Source: Candidatus Omnitrophota bacterium
Lineage (GTDB): Bacteria > Omnitrophota > Gorgyraeia > Zapsychrales > Fredricksoniimonadaceae
Assembly: GCA_030650275.1 (NCBI GenBank)
Contig: JAUSEK010000012.1
Coordinates: forward strand, 472-64,471
Length of the DNA: 64,000 nt
Reading direction: 5' to 3'
In this document: positions 49,681 to 60,353 of the stretch, one piece after another
How the letters are laid out: every line of letters begins with the position of its first letter
Position numbering within the stretch: position 1 is the stretch's first letter
Translations under genes and position numbers: made by a program
Notes under the pieces: generated by a model
Seen by the model: the letters and a program-made list of their open reading frames with translations, nothing else
What the model was told of the DNA's origin: nothing
The model's database searches: none

Positions 49681-50086
49681 AAACAAAAACCGCATTTGGG
49701 CTGTATTTATTATTTGCTTTGCGCTATTGGGTTGCTCAAAAATGGACAGCAAGGTCCATATAACCGATATAAAGATAGCAACCGCGGTGGATGAGAATAT
49801 AGTCCCTGTCAAAGTGACGAATATCTTTCCTAAAGGCACAACCGGGGTATTCTGCTGGTTCAAATGGCAGGACAGCGAGATCAACACGCCAATTGTGGCA
49901 AAATGGGATTATGAAACTGACAATATCCACGTACTTGATTATACTTTTTCCATACCCAGAAGGAACGGAAGGGGCAGCGTCTCGCTTTCTATGCCTGAAG
50001 GCAAGCCCATGCCTTCCGGATCGTATCGGATAACTCTTGCGCTTGGAAAACAGGATCTAAAATCGCTTACTTTTGAAATACAATAA
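49670..50086 (+). CDS. hypothetical lipoprotein
   Basis: 138-aa ORF with a signal peptide and an LLGC lipobox. Start overlaps the CHASE2 gene stop. Confidence 0.55.
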   Translation: MNNKNKNRIWAVFIICFALLGCSKMDSKVHITDIKIATAVDENIVPVKVTNIFPKGTTGVFCWFKWQDSEINTPIVAKWDYETDNIHVLDYTFSIPRRNGRGSVSLSMPEGKPMPSGSYRITLALGKQDLKSLTFEIQ

Positions 50087-50095
50087 GACCGGATC

Positions 50096-53000
50096 TTATT
50101 TTTTGTCCTCACCCTCTTCAATCCGCGGTTCCATCAAAGATTTATCCGCGCCCGTGGGAACTCCCAATCCATAGGTTGGAACAATTTTCTGCCCTCCCGG
50201 GAACGCCGCTTGAAATTCTACATTAGAGATCATCTTATCAAAGATCACCGGCAGCAATGCCCGTGATTGAATTCCTGTAAATACTTGCTTATTGACGGCC
50301 TGGGGCAGGGTCTGCGAAGCAGTGATCCCACCAAAGTCCTGTACTTTGACAACAGGAGCTAAGACCCCGATACTGCGGATTCCCTCAAATGATGGTTGAA
50401 CCGGCAGCAATGCCCGTGATTGGACCCCGGTGAATACCTGCTTATTGACGGCCTGATGCGAAGCGGTGATCCCGCTAAAGTCCTGTGCTTTGATCACAGG
50501 AGCTAAGATCCCGATACTGCGAATTCCCTCAAATGATGGTTGAACCGGCAGCAATGCCCGTGATTGGATCCCGGTAAATACCTGCTTATTGATGGTCTGG
50601 GGCAGGGTACGCGACGGCGGTATTGGCGCCTTAGGCATGATCATCGGAACTACTGGTGCCGCAGGCATGATCATCGGAACTACTGGCGCCGCGGGCATCA
50701 TCATCGGAGCCATGGATACCCCGGGCATGATCATCGGCATTCTACCCGCACCAACGATCATCATTGGCATGCTTGGAGCAAATCTGATTCCGCCGCCGCC
50801 AAAAGTTGACGGCAAGGCCGGCCTAAACGAAACACTCTCCCCTTGTTTGATCGTGGCCCTGATATTTGCCTGGCCCACGCTTTCCTCAACACGATTATTG
50901 ATAATCACAAAACCCGGGATCGGCTCCTGAAAGAGGCCGGACCCACTTCCAGTAAGGGCGATGGAAACCATATCTTTCATTCCGCCGGCAGATATGGTCA
51001 ATGTGCCTGTAATATCTATGTTGATAGGACGGGCTGTCGTTCCTATGTAACCACTAACAGTCAGCGTGGCATTCGTCCCTTGTATTGTACCGGACGAGTT
51101 TGCCGTAAGATTTCCTGCTACAGTCAGCGTTTTGCCCCCCATTGATAATGTCGTACCGCTATTAATTGTCAAATTACCGACACTCACATTACTGGACAAT
51201 GTCGGCTTTGTCGCAGTGTCGGGAATGACCACATCCGTGGCGCTTGTCGGCACGCTGCCAGTATCCCAATTTGAAGGATTGTCCCAGTCCGTTGAGACAG
51301 CACCGGTCCAAGTGGCAACCTTAGCACTACTACTAAAATTCCAATTAGTATTATTGCCATTATCCATCACATTGTTGGAAGCATCAACGGCACTGCCGCC
51401 TGAAGCATTGGAATTAGCCACATTAACATAGGAAACATTAGATGTGCCGTTGATGGTCAAATTCCACTGATCCGTCCCAGACCCGCCGGAACGGCCCAAG
51501 GTGATATTATTCCCTAAAGTGCCGGTTATCGTAAAAGCTCCCCCGATGGTTTGAGTTGAAGCGGAGTCAAAGTTGATCGTCTTACCCGCCGCTGTGCTGG
51601 TAAGATTATTGAAGGTCGTGTTCCCGGAGATCACAGACGTTCCGGCGCCTGTGAATTCAACGGTCCCTGTACCCGCAGTAAAGGTACCTGAATTAGACCA
51701 GTTGCCGCCTACTTTGATCGTAGAGCTGTTGGCTGTAATGGTCCCCGCAGAGATCGTCAAGTCGCCGCCTAAGGTCACAGTATTGTTGAGAGAGAGCGTT
51801 CCTGCGCCTGCCTTGGTCAGAGCAAAGGTGTCACCCGAGATGGCACCACCGACCGTCAAGGTGCTGGCAGAGGCAGTGACTTGACGGCTAGCGCTGAGTG
51901 TCACGGCACCGGTGCCAAGATTCAAGGCATTAGTACCGGTAAAGGTAAAGTTCCCGTTCCAGCTTTGCGGATAGTTAAGGGTTGTGATGCTGCTGCCTGA
52001 GGTATTATCAATAGTGCCGGTTGTGATAGTGAAGGTGCCAGCCACCGTGCCTAAGGCCTGGGCATTATTGATATTGAGTGTACCGGCACTTAAAGTGGTA
52101 CCGCCAGTAAAGGTATTGACACCGGATAAAGTCAGCGTTCCTGTTCCGGCCTTGGTCAGAGCAAAGGTGTCACCCGAGATGGCACCACCGACCGTCAAGG
52201 TGCTGGCAGAGGCAGTGACTTGACGGCTAGCGCTGAGTGTCACTGCCCCTGTGCCTAGATTTAAGGCATTGGTACCGGTAAATGTAAAATTCCCATTCCA
52301 GTTCTGGGCATTGTTGTTGGATAAAGTGATGGAACCGCCCGAGGTGTTGTTGATCGTACCGGCTGTAATGGTAAATGTGCCGGTGCTGAGCGCAGTGGCG
52401 TTATTGATGTTCAAGATCCCTGCCGTCAAGGTCGTAGTCCCGCTATAGAGGTTGGCACCGGAGAGGGTCAACGTCCCAGAGCTCCCAACGTTAATCACAT
52501 TGGTTACATTGGCACCGATGACCGCGCTGATTATCGCGGTAGAGAAGTCGTTGTGGGTCACGGTGCCGATGTTGTTGATGCTGTTGGTGGAAAACGTGAT
52601 TGTGCTCAAGCTATGGGTGAGAATCGTCAGGTTGTTGGTGCCGGTCACACCCCCGCTGTAGGTTGACGATGTGGAGCATGAAATCTGCAGCGCACCGGCG
52701 GTGGCGTTCGTGGCCAACACGATCGGATTCGTAATCGTCAACGCGGCGGTCGATCTAAGCTCGACGGCGGCTGTTCCGCTGGTATCGCCCAGCGTGACCG
52801 TGCCGGCACCAAAGGCCGCGCTGACGCTGCCAAACACCTTGCCGGCCTTGAGGGTCAACCCGCTGCCGGTGAAAGTGTTCGCACCGCTTAAGTTCAAAAC
52901 CGAAGTGGTGGTGTTTTGAATCACATTGGTCACGTTGGTGCCGATGATGGCGCTGATCGTCGCGGTGCCGGTGCCGGTACCCGAGTTGGTCACGGTGCCG

Positions 53001-56000
53001 GTGTTGTTGAGGCTGGTTGTTGAGACCGTAATGCCGGCAGCGGTCGAGCTGTTGTTTTTAGTCACCACGTCGCCCGTGCCGGTCACACCGCCTGAGACAG
53101 TGAGCACCTTAGTTCCACTGCTGTTGGTCAACGTGGTGGCGGCAGCGTTGACCGTTATGGCACCGCTGACCGTCAGGGCCGAGGTCGTGCTGTTTAAAGT
53201 GATGCCGGTGACATTCGCGCCCACGGCCGCGCTGATCGTCGTGGTGCCGGTGCCGGCGCCAGTGTTGGTCACGGTGCCGGTATTATTGACGCTGGTCGTG
53301 GACAGAGTGATGGTACCGCTGGTGGCGTTGCTCTTGATCGTCAGGTTGTTCGTACCGGTCACGCCGCCGCTGAAGGTCGTTGAGATGGCAGTGCCGCTAT
53401 TGCCGATGGTCAAAGTACCGGTGGTAGTGGAAGCCAGCACGATCGCGTTGCTATACGTCAGGCCGGTGGTGCCGACCAACAGGGTCGCGGCAACGCTCCC
53501 GCCGGCACTGTCCCCTATCGTGATCGTGCCGGTACCAAAGGCGTTGGCGGCTGAAGATGTGCCTAACATCGTGCCCGCATTGATGGTCACAGCACCACTG
53601 AAGGTGTTGGCCCCGGAGAGCGTCAGGGTGCCTGTGCCGGTGGACATGGTCAGTCCGCCGGTGCCGGAGATGACGCCGCTCATGTTGAGTGTGCCCGCGT
53701 TGTTCACGGTGATCAAAAGGCCCCCATTGTCAATTGTGCCGGCGATGGTCAATGTCGTAGAAGCAGTGGTAGCGATCGTCGGTGCGGAGGTACTAAAGGT
53801 AATATTATTGTTGATCGTGCTGGTACCGACGGTATTGCTGATCGCTGACGACCCGCCGGCCAAGGTTAAAGCGTTACCGCCCAGAGTGAACCCGGTCGCT
53901 TGAATGGTAATTGACGCAAAGGTGCCGCCGGAAATATCATTATTAGGGGTCAGACGTGTTGTACCGTCAAAAACAAGCGCGTCGGTACTAACACCTGTAG
54001 GCGCGGTGCCGCCCCAATTGGCACCGGTTGACCAATTATCATCTCCACCGCCTCCATTCCACGTGAACGTAGCATCCCAGCCAATATTGATCTCCGCCCG
54101 AATATATTCATGACCGGCAAGAATGGGTACTAAAGGACCATAAGCGTGGCCGTAGTTGACGATGATATAATCCAAACTAGGATTCCCCAACCCATCACTG
54201 ATGGCATTGATGTACATCCCAAATTCATTGCCCTTGGCGGCAATAGAGGACTCAAGCGTAATATAATTAGGATAATTGGGGTATCCACCACCTTCTGCTC
54301 CCCTGATCGTCAAGGTGCCTTCAACGGTGGTCAGCGTATTGGCCTCGAATACCATCGTTTTACCCGGTGTAATGGAAGTTAAATTGTAAAAAGTGTTATT
54401 TCCTGAGACCAGGGAAACCCTGGAGGCATCTGTGAAGGTCACTGTCGAGGTTCCCGGTTCAAAAACGCCTCCCTGATTAGCCCAATCCTTGGCTATAAAA
54501 TATTGCGTATCTCCTGCTTTTAACGTAACCCCTTCGTTGATATCAATCGAGTCCCGGACGCTGACTATGGAACCCGGATATTGAATAAAGGTGACGGGGG
54601 CATCTGCTTGTTTTAAGATGAGGCTTCCCTGGGATTCGATATTGCCCAAGGTCAGTTCACCTGAAGATCGAATGGTGATGTCCCCTGCGGCGTACAAGTT
54701 AAGTGTGGTTGGATGAGAATCTGTATTGGTTGTGAGGCTGATGCTGCCGTTTAATGCGGAAAGACTAAGATCGGTATCGCGGTTGTAGAGAATGGCACCA
54801 AAAGAGGTGTCGTCCGGAGGGCCGCGAAACAATACATTTGAACCGATACCGGTGGCTTCCAAAATATTGATGTCGCCCTGGGATTTTTGAATGAAAATGG
54901 TGTTGGCCATAAGATTAAGAGGTTGAAGATAGAAACCAAACTTCTGGGCAACGACCTTTAACTGCTGGGCCTGGATGACCACTCCCGGCAAGGTGTTCAC
55001 CGCCGCGTTAGAGTTCAGGGTCAAATTACTGTTCTGAAGATAAGTAACGTCCACCCCATCCCCTTGAAGGGTGATCAAATCATCATGGACTGTGGCGCCG
55101 GTCAGATCGAGGTCCCCCAAGGTCTTATACAGTTGATTGGTAGCGGCATTGGAACTAATAACAAACCCTCCGGCAATGAGGGTGAGATCATCGACTGCCA
55201 AAGGTGTGCCAGTGGTGTCTTTGATGACCCCGTTGGGGGCCTCCAGGGTCAAAGCGCCGGAAGGATTGTAACGCAACTGGTCCCCCCGCTTAGTCGTCAA
55301 AACATTTCCGTCTTTGGCAGTGATCTCAAAATCGCCCTGGGTGTGCACATAATGGGGATTGCCTTCCATAGAGCTGGGGGGGCGGATAGCCCCCACCTGG
55401 ATGGTGCCGAATTCGGTTGATATGGTCCCGTTGAGCGTCATGACGCCTGATCCATCCACAGACACCGAACCATCCTTGGTGGTGGCAATGGTCCCTTTGG
55501 TCTGGCTAAAACTTCCCTGGCCATCACCATCTGAATCCGCCATGAGATTAATATCTTGTTTGGTGGTGGAAATATCTGAACTGACCTCAAGGTCAGCGGT
55601 GGTGGAAATATCAACTTTTGAATTTTGGGCTATGACAGGGCCGTCGATCTTGACCTGATCGTTGGCCACGATCTTAATGGTCCCGCTTTCTTGCACTAAA
55701 GACGCGGATTGGACCACACCGGTTTGATTAACGGCATTTTCAAAGATGTCCTGCGCTGTATTGACCGTCATAGCCACCTGTCTGGCTTCAATAGTGCCGG
55801 AATTGGCAATAGCATCTTTGGCCTCGGTCCCATCTTGTTTTAAAACCTTTTCACTGGTGGCTATGGAAACTTCCACCTGGATCAAACCAGAGTTATCAAA
55901 GCTGACCGTAGTTTTGTTGCCCGAAGCCAAAGCAATACTGCCCACCTTGGCCTGGATGATCCCGGAATTATCAATGCTGTTGGAGATCAAAGCGATGTTA

Positions 56001-56581
56001 TCCGCGAGGATGGCGCCCTGATTAACAATCTGCGCGGGGTCCGTGCCTTGCTGACGTTCAAATACATAATTGTGGTTAACGAAATTATTGGTGGAAATGG
56101 CCAACGTGGAAGCAACCAGGGTAGCAACATTCACCTGACTGGCGCTGCCAAAAGTGATCCCATTGGGGTTCACCAAAAACAACGCGCCATTGGCAAAAAT
56201 CTTGCCTGATATGTTGCTGGACTGATTTCCCGTGACACGGCTTAACAGTGTGGCGGAAACGGAGGGCTGGATGAAGTTGACGGTTTCAGTGGTGCCTATA
56301 TTAAAGGAGTCAAAATTGATGACGGTATTGTTGTCCGCTGTGATATTGAGGGTGCTGGCGTCCGGCTGGTCAAAAGAAGCTGTACCTACCTCAACACTTT
56401 GACCTTGCGGCAGGGCAAAAACAGGAGCGCATATCATGGCTCCTAAAACGAACGAAAGAATCGTAAACCCTATAGAAGACAGGCACTTAAAACTGTGTTT
56501 AACTGGGTGATTTAATTCCGGAAATGTATAAAAAGAAGCGGTGGGCGGGTAGATCTTATGCGGGGGACGAATGCTCCACAC
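50096..56581 (-). CDS. two-partner-secretion exoprotein (TpsA/filamentous-haemagglutinin family) with a beta-helical repeat shaft
   Basis: 2161-aa ORF. The N-terminal TPS domain carries the LFLVNPNGITFG motif. Hundreds of G/T/S/N-rich beta-strand repeats follow. The C-terminus is unusual: a Met/Pro-rich tract and three tandem 48-aa repeats. Confidence 0.85.
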   Translation of the reverse strand: MWSIRPPHKIYPPTASFYTFPELNHPVKHSFKCLSSIGFTILSFVLGAMICAPVFALPQGQSVEVGTASFDQPDASTLNITADNNTVINFDSFNIGTTETVNFIQPSVSATLLSRVTGNQSSNISGKIFANGALFLVNPNGITFGSASQVNVATLVASTLAISTNNFVNHNYVFERQQGTDPAQIVNQGAILADNIALISNSIDNSGIIQAKVGSIALASGNKTTVSFDNSGLIQVEVSIATSEKVLKQDGTEAKDAIANSGTIEARQVAMTVNTAQDIFENAVNQTGVVQSASLVQESGTIKIVANDQVKIDGPVIAQNSKVDISTTADLEVSSDISTTKQDINLMADSDGDGQGSFSQTKGTIATTKDGSVSVDGSGVMTLNGTISTEFGTIQVGAIRPPSSMEGNPHYVHTQGDFEITAKDGNVLTTKRGDQLRYNPSGALTLEAPNGVIKDTTGTPLAVDDLTLIAGGFVISSNAATNQLYKTLGDLDLTGATVHDDLITLQGDGVDVTYLQNSNLTLNSNAAVNTLPGVVIQAQQLKVVAQKFGFYLQPLNLMANTIFIQKSQGDINILEATGIGSNVLFRGPPDDTSFGAILYNRDTDLSLSALNGSISLTTNTDSHPTTLNLYAAGDITIRSSGELTLGNIESQGSLILKQADAPVTFIQYPGSIVSVRDSIDINEGVTLKAGDTQYFIAKDWANQGGVFEPGTSTVTFTDASRVSLVSGNNTFYNLTSITPGKTMVFEANTLTTVEGTLTIRGAEGGGYPNYPNYITLESSIAAKGNEFGMYINAISDGLGNPSLDYIIVNYGHAYGPLVPILAGHEYIRAEINIGWDATFTWNGGGGDDNWSTGANWGGTAPTGVSTDALVFDGTTRLTPNNDISGGTFASITIQATGFTLGGNALTLAGGSSAISNTVGTSTINNNITFSTSAPTIATTASTTLTIAGTIDNGGLLITVNNAGTLNMSGVISGTGGLTMSTGTGTLTLSGANTFSGAVTINAGTMLGTSSAANAFGTGTITIGDSAGGSVAATLLVGTTGLTYSNAIVLASTTTGTLTIGNSGTAISTTFSGGVTGTNNLTIKSNATSGTITLSTTSVNNTGTVTNTGAGTGTTTISAAVGANVTGITLNSTTSALTVSGAITVNAAATTLTNSSGTKVLTVSGGVTGTGDVVTKNNSSTAAGITVSTTSLNNTGTVTNSGTGTGTATISAIIGTNVTNVIQNTTTSVLNLSGANTFTGSGLTLKAGKVFGSVSAAFGAGTVTLGDTSGTAAVELRSTAALTITNPIVLATNATAGALQISCSTSSTYSGGVTGTNNLTILTHSLSTITFSTNSINNIGTVTHNDFSTAIISAVIGANVTNVINVGSSGTLTLSGANLYSGTTTLTAGILNINNATALSTGTFTITAGTINNTSGGSITLSNNNAQNWNGNFTFTGTNALNLGTGAVTLSASRQVTASASTLTVGGAISGDTFALTKAGTGTLTLSGVNTFTGGTTLSAGTLNINNAQALGTVAGTFTITTGTIDNTSGSSITTLNYPQSWNGNFTFTGTNALNLGTGAVTLSASRQVTASASTLTVGGAISGDTFALTKAGAGTLSLNNTVTLGGDLTISAGTITANSSTIKVGGNWSNSGTFTAGTGTVEFTGAGTSVISGNTTFNNLTSTAAGKTINFDSASTQTIGGAFTITGTLGNNITLGRSGGSGTDQWNLTINGTSNVSYVNVANSNASGGSAVDASNNVMDNGNNTNWNFSSSAKVATWTGAVSTDWDNPSNWDTGSVPTSATDVVIPDTATKPTLSSNVSVGNLTINSGTTLSMGGKTLTVAGNLTANSSGTIQGTNATLTVSGYIGTTARPINIDITGTLTISAGGMKDMVSIALTGSGSGLFQEPIPGFVIINNRVEESVGQANIRATIKQGESVSFRPALPSTFGGGGIRFAPSMPMMIVGAGRMPMIMPGVSMAPMMMPAAPVVPMIMPAAPVVPMIMPKAPIPPSRTLPQTINKQVFTGIQSRALLPVQPSFEGIRSIGILAPVIKAQDFSGITASHQAVNKQVFTGVQSRALLPVQPSFEGIRSIGVLAPVVKVQDFGGITASQTLPQAVNKQVFTGIQSRALLPVIFDKMISNVEFQAAFPGGQKIVPTYGLGVPTGADKSLMEPRIEEGEDKK
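50240..50620. repeat. tandem 144-bp repeats (about 2.6 copies) encoding the 48-aa C-terminal repeats of TpsA
   Basis: Repeated CGGCAGCAATGCCCGTGATTG... units. The protein repeat is AVNKQVFTG(I/V)QSRALLPVQPSFEGIRSIG. Confidence 0.7.
51565..52245. repeat. exact about 339-bp tandem duplication inside tpsA
   Basis: The identical block ...GTCAGAGCAAAGGTGTCACCCGAGATGGCACCACCGACCGTCAAGGTGCTGGCAGAGGCAGTGAC... occurs twice, giving two identical 53-aa protein stretches. Confidence 0.75.
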
Positions 56582-56717
56582 GATGACGGTTTCCTTTAAA
56601 TCTTACCGGTGCAATTCTTGACTCTTTTGAAAATATCATAAACTCTAGTGATCCCCTTTTCCTACTTCAAGTATATATTCTTATACTTGGGCTGTCAAAC
56701 CAAATGACGAACTTTTA

Positions 56718-58442
56718 TTACCATATTTGGCACTGCAGTGTCAGGCTCAATGTTGAATTTCCAGAACCCGCGGTGGGCTTGTTTCCCACCGCCTGGGCCC
56801 AGTCCATCCTCAGGTAAGTATGATCGGTCAAACGCAGCCGCACCCCTCCACCAACCCCTATTAACGTTTTTTCACGCTTTTCGCCGGGAAGAGTTTTCTT
56901 CAACCAGCCGCCGCCGGCATCAAAAAAGATCACCGGTTCTATCTGGGAGCGCAAGGTTTTTCCGGATTTGAGCATCTTCCAGTCCTCCGGGATAAAATAG
57001 GCCGGAAAATACCAATCTAAATTGACAAAGCCTCCCTCATCCGCAAGATAATCTCCTTCCGGATAACCCCGGATGGAATCCGCTCCTCCTAATTGCAGCT
57101 GCTCGGAAGACGTCAAGGTATGAGAAGCGGCCTGACCATGCGAACGTATCGAAAGGACCCCCACCGGCATTCTTTGCGTACGGTTCAACCCCTGATCATA
57201 TTTAAAAAAACCTCCGCCGGTTTTAGCGCGGCTGGCCGAGGGATGGTTCTCGGAGGATGCCCCCAAAAAATTGCTGGTCCCGAACGTAAAGCGCGGACTA
57301 AATTCCGTTTTACCCTGCCAGGGATCGATCTTGGTAAAATTAAAACCGAAATAAGGAAGCCGCAATTGATCATCCGATGTGGTTGTGCCCAAGGTTTTCT
57401 TTTTGATGGATTTGATCTCGATCCCGCTCTGGGCGCTGGCCTGAAAATCCTCACGCAACGCCAGTTCCCACGAAAAATGCGGATCGTAAATCTGCGAATG
57501 CCCGGTGATGTCCAGCGATTTAAAGTCCTTGCCTAACTTCATATCAAAATCAACAATGCTCATACCAAACTTGGTGCCGTAGGTGCCGACAGGGGTCTCA
57601 TAACTGATCATCTTACCCGACGATAAGGAACTGAAAATGGTGTACACGTAAAGAGAATCAAGGCGGCCGGTGATATTGGCATTCCCCCACCAGACTGATT
57701 CACGGTATTTCCCTGTCAGGCGTGTCCCCTGATTATCAAAACCGATGCCCAAATGGTCAGGCCGTTTTTCTTCGATCTTTAACGTGACATCCGAGGTCTG
57801 CGGCTGCCGGCCGGCGCCAATAACTGCCCTCACAGCCAGGATAGAATTCTTGCTGAGCCGTAACAGGTCCCTCTGCATTGTCTTAAAATTCAAAAGCTCA
57901 TTTTTCTTTATATGAAAATAGCGTTCAAACAGCCCCCGAGAAACCGATTTATTTCCTTCTATCGTTAAATCTCCCATCTTACCTTCAAAAACCCGGATCT
58001 CAAGTTTTCCGTTCTGGATATTCTGTTCGGGCAGTCGCACGATCGTGGTCAAATAACCTTTTTTCTTATACGCCTCCTTGATCCTGTCGATCACGGCATT
58101 GATTTCCTTGGCGGTCACTGTTTGATCAAGATAGGCCTTATAAGCAGAAAGAAAAACTTGCGGTTTAAAAAGCGTCATTCCGGTAATGTTCACTTCTTTG
58201 AGCACAAAAACAACGCCTGCCCCCTGCAAAGCCCCCTGCTCTTTTTCCTCCTGGATCGGCGGCATCTTGATCACTGCTTTTTCCAGTTGTTTTTTTCTCT
58301 TTTGACTTTCTTCCTGGACACGCTCCACCTGGGCCCCCGGTTCCTGTCCTGAAGGAGGATCATCAGCCCAAATCCTCTGGCTGGGAAAAAGAAGATAAAA
58401 AATTAAGAATGCTGTCGCGTATTTATATATAAATTTGACCAT
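56718..58442 (-). CDS. TpsB transporter (ShlB/FhaC/HecB family, POTRA plus 16-strand barrel)
   Basis: 574-aa ORF with a signal peptide, POTRA-like region and C-terminal barrel ending in an aromatic residue. Lies immediately upstream of tpsA on the same strand. Confidence 0.85.
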   Translation of the reverse strand: MVKFIYKYATAFLIFYLLFPSQRIWADDPPSGQEPGAQVERVQEESQKRKKQLEKAVIKMPPIQEEKEQGALQGAGVVFVLKEVNITGMTLFKPQVFLSAYKAYLDQTVTAKEINAVIDRIKEAYKKKGYLTTIVRLPEQNIQNGKLEIRVFEGKMGDLTIEGNKSVSRGLFERYFHIKKNELLNFKTMQRDLLRLSKNSILAVRAVIGAGRQPQTSDVTLKIEEKRPDHLGIGFDNQGTRLTGKYRESVWWGNANITGRLDSLYVYTIFSSLSSGKMISYETPVGTYGTKFGMSIVDFDMKLGKDFKSLDITGHSQIYDPHFSWELALREDFQASAQSGIEIKSIKKKTLGTTTSDDQLRLPYFGFNFTKIDPWQGKTEFSPRFTFGTSNFLGASSENHPSASRAKTGGGFFKYDQGLNRTQRMPVGVLSIRSHGQAASHTLTSSEQLQLGGADSIRGYPEGDYLADEGGFVNLDWYFPAYFIPEDWKMLKSGKTLRSQIEPVIFFDAGGGWLKKTLPGEKREKTLIGVGGGVRLRLTDHTYLRMDWAQAVGNKPTAGSGNSTLSLTLQCQIW

Positions 58443-58525
58443 AATATTTCAGCTAAGATTTTCGTTTCAATATTCTAAAGTATTTAAAGGGATTATAGAA
58501 CAAAACACATTTACTGACAAGCATT

Positions 58526-59776
58526 CTACAGCTTATCTCGAAGCTCCTCGGGCGGTTTGATCTTTCTAAAATCCCGGAACAGCAATAGATCATAAACGAT
58601 CTTTAACCCGCCGGCCAGGATAATAGGCACGCTGACAAGCGCCGGGTTGGCCAATAGCGGCCCTGCCAAAAGCGGTGCCGCGGATGTCCCCAGCGTGCGC
58701 GCGACATTGGCGATCCCGCCCGCGGCCGAGCGCTCCGAAGGCGTCACAACCGCCATCACATACGCCTGGCGCGTCGGCACATCCATCTGGGAAATGGTGC
58801 AGCGTAAAAGAAAAACGACCGCCGCCCAGGTCAAATTCGGCATGAACACCATCAGGATCAACAAAACATTGGAGGGCAAATGCGTGAAAACCATCGTATT
58901 AATAAGTCCAAAGCGTTTGGCCAGCCGCACGGCTAAAAGTGAAGAGATCCCGGCCAAAAGGTTGGCGCCAAAAAATATCCCGCCCAAAACCATCATATCA
59001 GCGCCAAAACGCACATGAAACCAATACGCCAGCAAGCTCTGCAGGATAAAGCCGCCTCCAAAGGCATCCAGCGCAAAAAGTGCCGATAACCGCAAGACCA
59101 TTGCCCGGGACTGATGGATCCCCAAACGGCTGTTAACAAGCGAGGCTAAATTCAAAGACGGCGGAATTGAGCTGACTTCCACTTTATTGGAGACCCGACC
59201 GAACAAAAACCACAATGCCAGCCCCGTCAACGCATAGATCACCAGAATGATCTTATAACCAACCAGAGGGCTGATCCCAACGGCAGTCAGTATTTTAAAT
59301 AAGGCCCCGACGGATAATGCTCCCAGGGCAGTGGCGCCAAAGCCCGCTAAATTGTACCAGGCAAAAACACCGGTCCGTTTGTCATCGGCAACAATATCGG
59401 ACAAAGACGCCTGCTCAATGGCCAAAAACGGCCCCACCTCATTACCACTGGGGCTGATCACTCCAACGATCGCGGCCAAAAGTAAAAAAACAAAATTGTC
59501 GGTGAAAGCGAACAAGATGCCGGCAAACATCATCAACAATGCCCCCACACGGAGCATGCGGCGCCGGCCCACGGAATCGGCGATCAGCGATATCCCCAAA
59601 GAGATCACCGCGTCGCCGATCAGGGTCAATGCCAAAAGCCAGCCGATCTGCTGCTGACTCAAGCCAAGGGACGCCAGATAAATAACAAGGATGACAGACA
59701 CGGCCCCGTAACCGAATAGCCGCAGGATGCGGGTCAAAAATAAAAGCCGGCCGTCTGGGGTCAATTTAGCCATCAC
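58526..59776 (-). CDS. MFS transporter
   Basis: 416-aa, 12-TM ORF with MFS signature loops. Confidence 0.8.
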   Translation of the reverse strand: MMAKLTPDGRLLFLTRILRLFGYGAVSVILVIYLASLGLSQQQIGWLLALTLIGDAVISLGISLIADSVGRRRMLRVGALLMMFAGILFAFTDNFVFLLLAAIVGVISPSGNEVGPFLAIEQASLSDIVADDKRTGVFAWYNLAGFGATALGALSVGALFKILTAVGISPLVGYKIILVIYALTGLALWFLFGRVSNKVEVSSIPPSLNLASLVNSRLGIHQSRAMVLRLSALFALDAFGGGFILQSLLAYWFHVRFGADMMVLGGIFFGANLLAGISSLLAVRLAKRFGLINTMVFTHLPSNVLLILMVFMPNLTWAAVVFLLRCTISQMDVPTRQAYVMAVVTPSERSAAGGIANVARTLGTSAAPLLAGPLLANPALVSVPIILAGGLKIVYDLLLFRDFRKIKPPEELRDKL

Positions 59777-60213
59777 TTGCGATGAACGGTTCCGCCGATC
59801 ACGATCGCAGCACTGATGATGAGCAGATTCTTGACAATATACTGCCCTTCCATCGTTAAAATAAAGGGGACTTTTTGAAAACAGACATCAGGCAGGATCA
59901 CCAACGGCAGGAACGTGCCACCGATCTGCAGGAACAAAAGGAACAAAGCGGCCCGGATCAAACGATGGAATAAAAAGCATACCCCGATCAAGGCCTCCCA
60001 CCAGCCCAAAACAGGGATGAAGACCGCCGGATCAAACCAGTAAACCGTCCGCGCCACCAAGTCATTGACAGGACTATGGCCAAATACCTTGAGCAGTCCG
60101 AACCAAACAAAGATGATCCCCATGGAGATGCGCAGGAACAGAGGACCGTGACGGTCCATCCATCCGGCGATGATGGGGTCAATAGTGTTAAAAATACGAT
60201 GTATCTTGGTCAT
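59773..60213 (-). CDS. small integral membrane protein (DUF417/YkgB-like)
   Basis: 146-aa, 4-TM ORF. 4-nt overlap with the MFS gene. Confidence 0.5.
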   Translation of the reverse strand: MTKIHRIFNTIDPIIAGWMDRHGPLFLRISMGIIFVWFGLLKVFGHSPVNDLVARTVYWFDPAVFIPVLGWWEALIGVCFLFHRLIRAALFLLFLQIGGTFLPLVILPDVCFQKVPFILTMEGQYIVKNLLIISAAIVIGGTVHRK

Positions 60214-60353
60214 GCCGCACTCATTTCCATAGTAATGCCCAGAACGGTGATCGGTCGCTTATTTTTATATAATAGCCCACTGACCCTTTTATGTCCAACT
60301 GATTGCTAAAATCACCGAGTATGATATACTTCAATTAAATCAATGGAGGACAT

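Noticed and set aside
52926-53903. 325-aa plus-strand ORF (V/P/A-rich), and other plus-strand ORFs at 50564-54382
   Set aside because: It is antisense to the repetitive tpsA shaft. Low-complexity composition is a by-product of the G/T/S/N-rich repeats on the coding strand.
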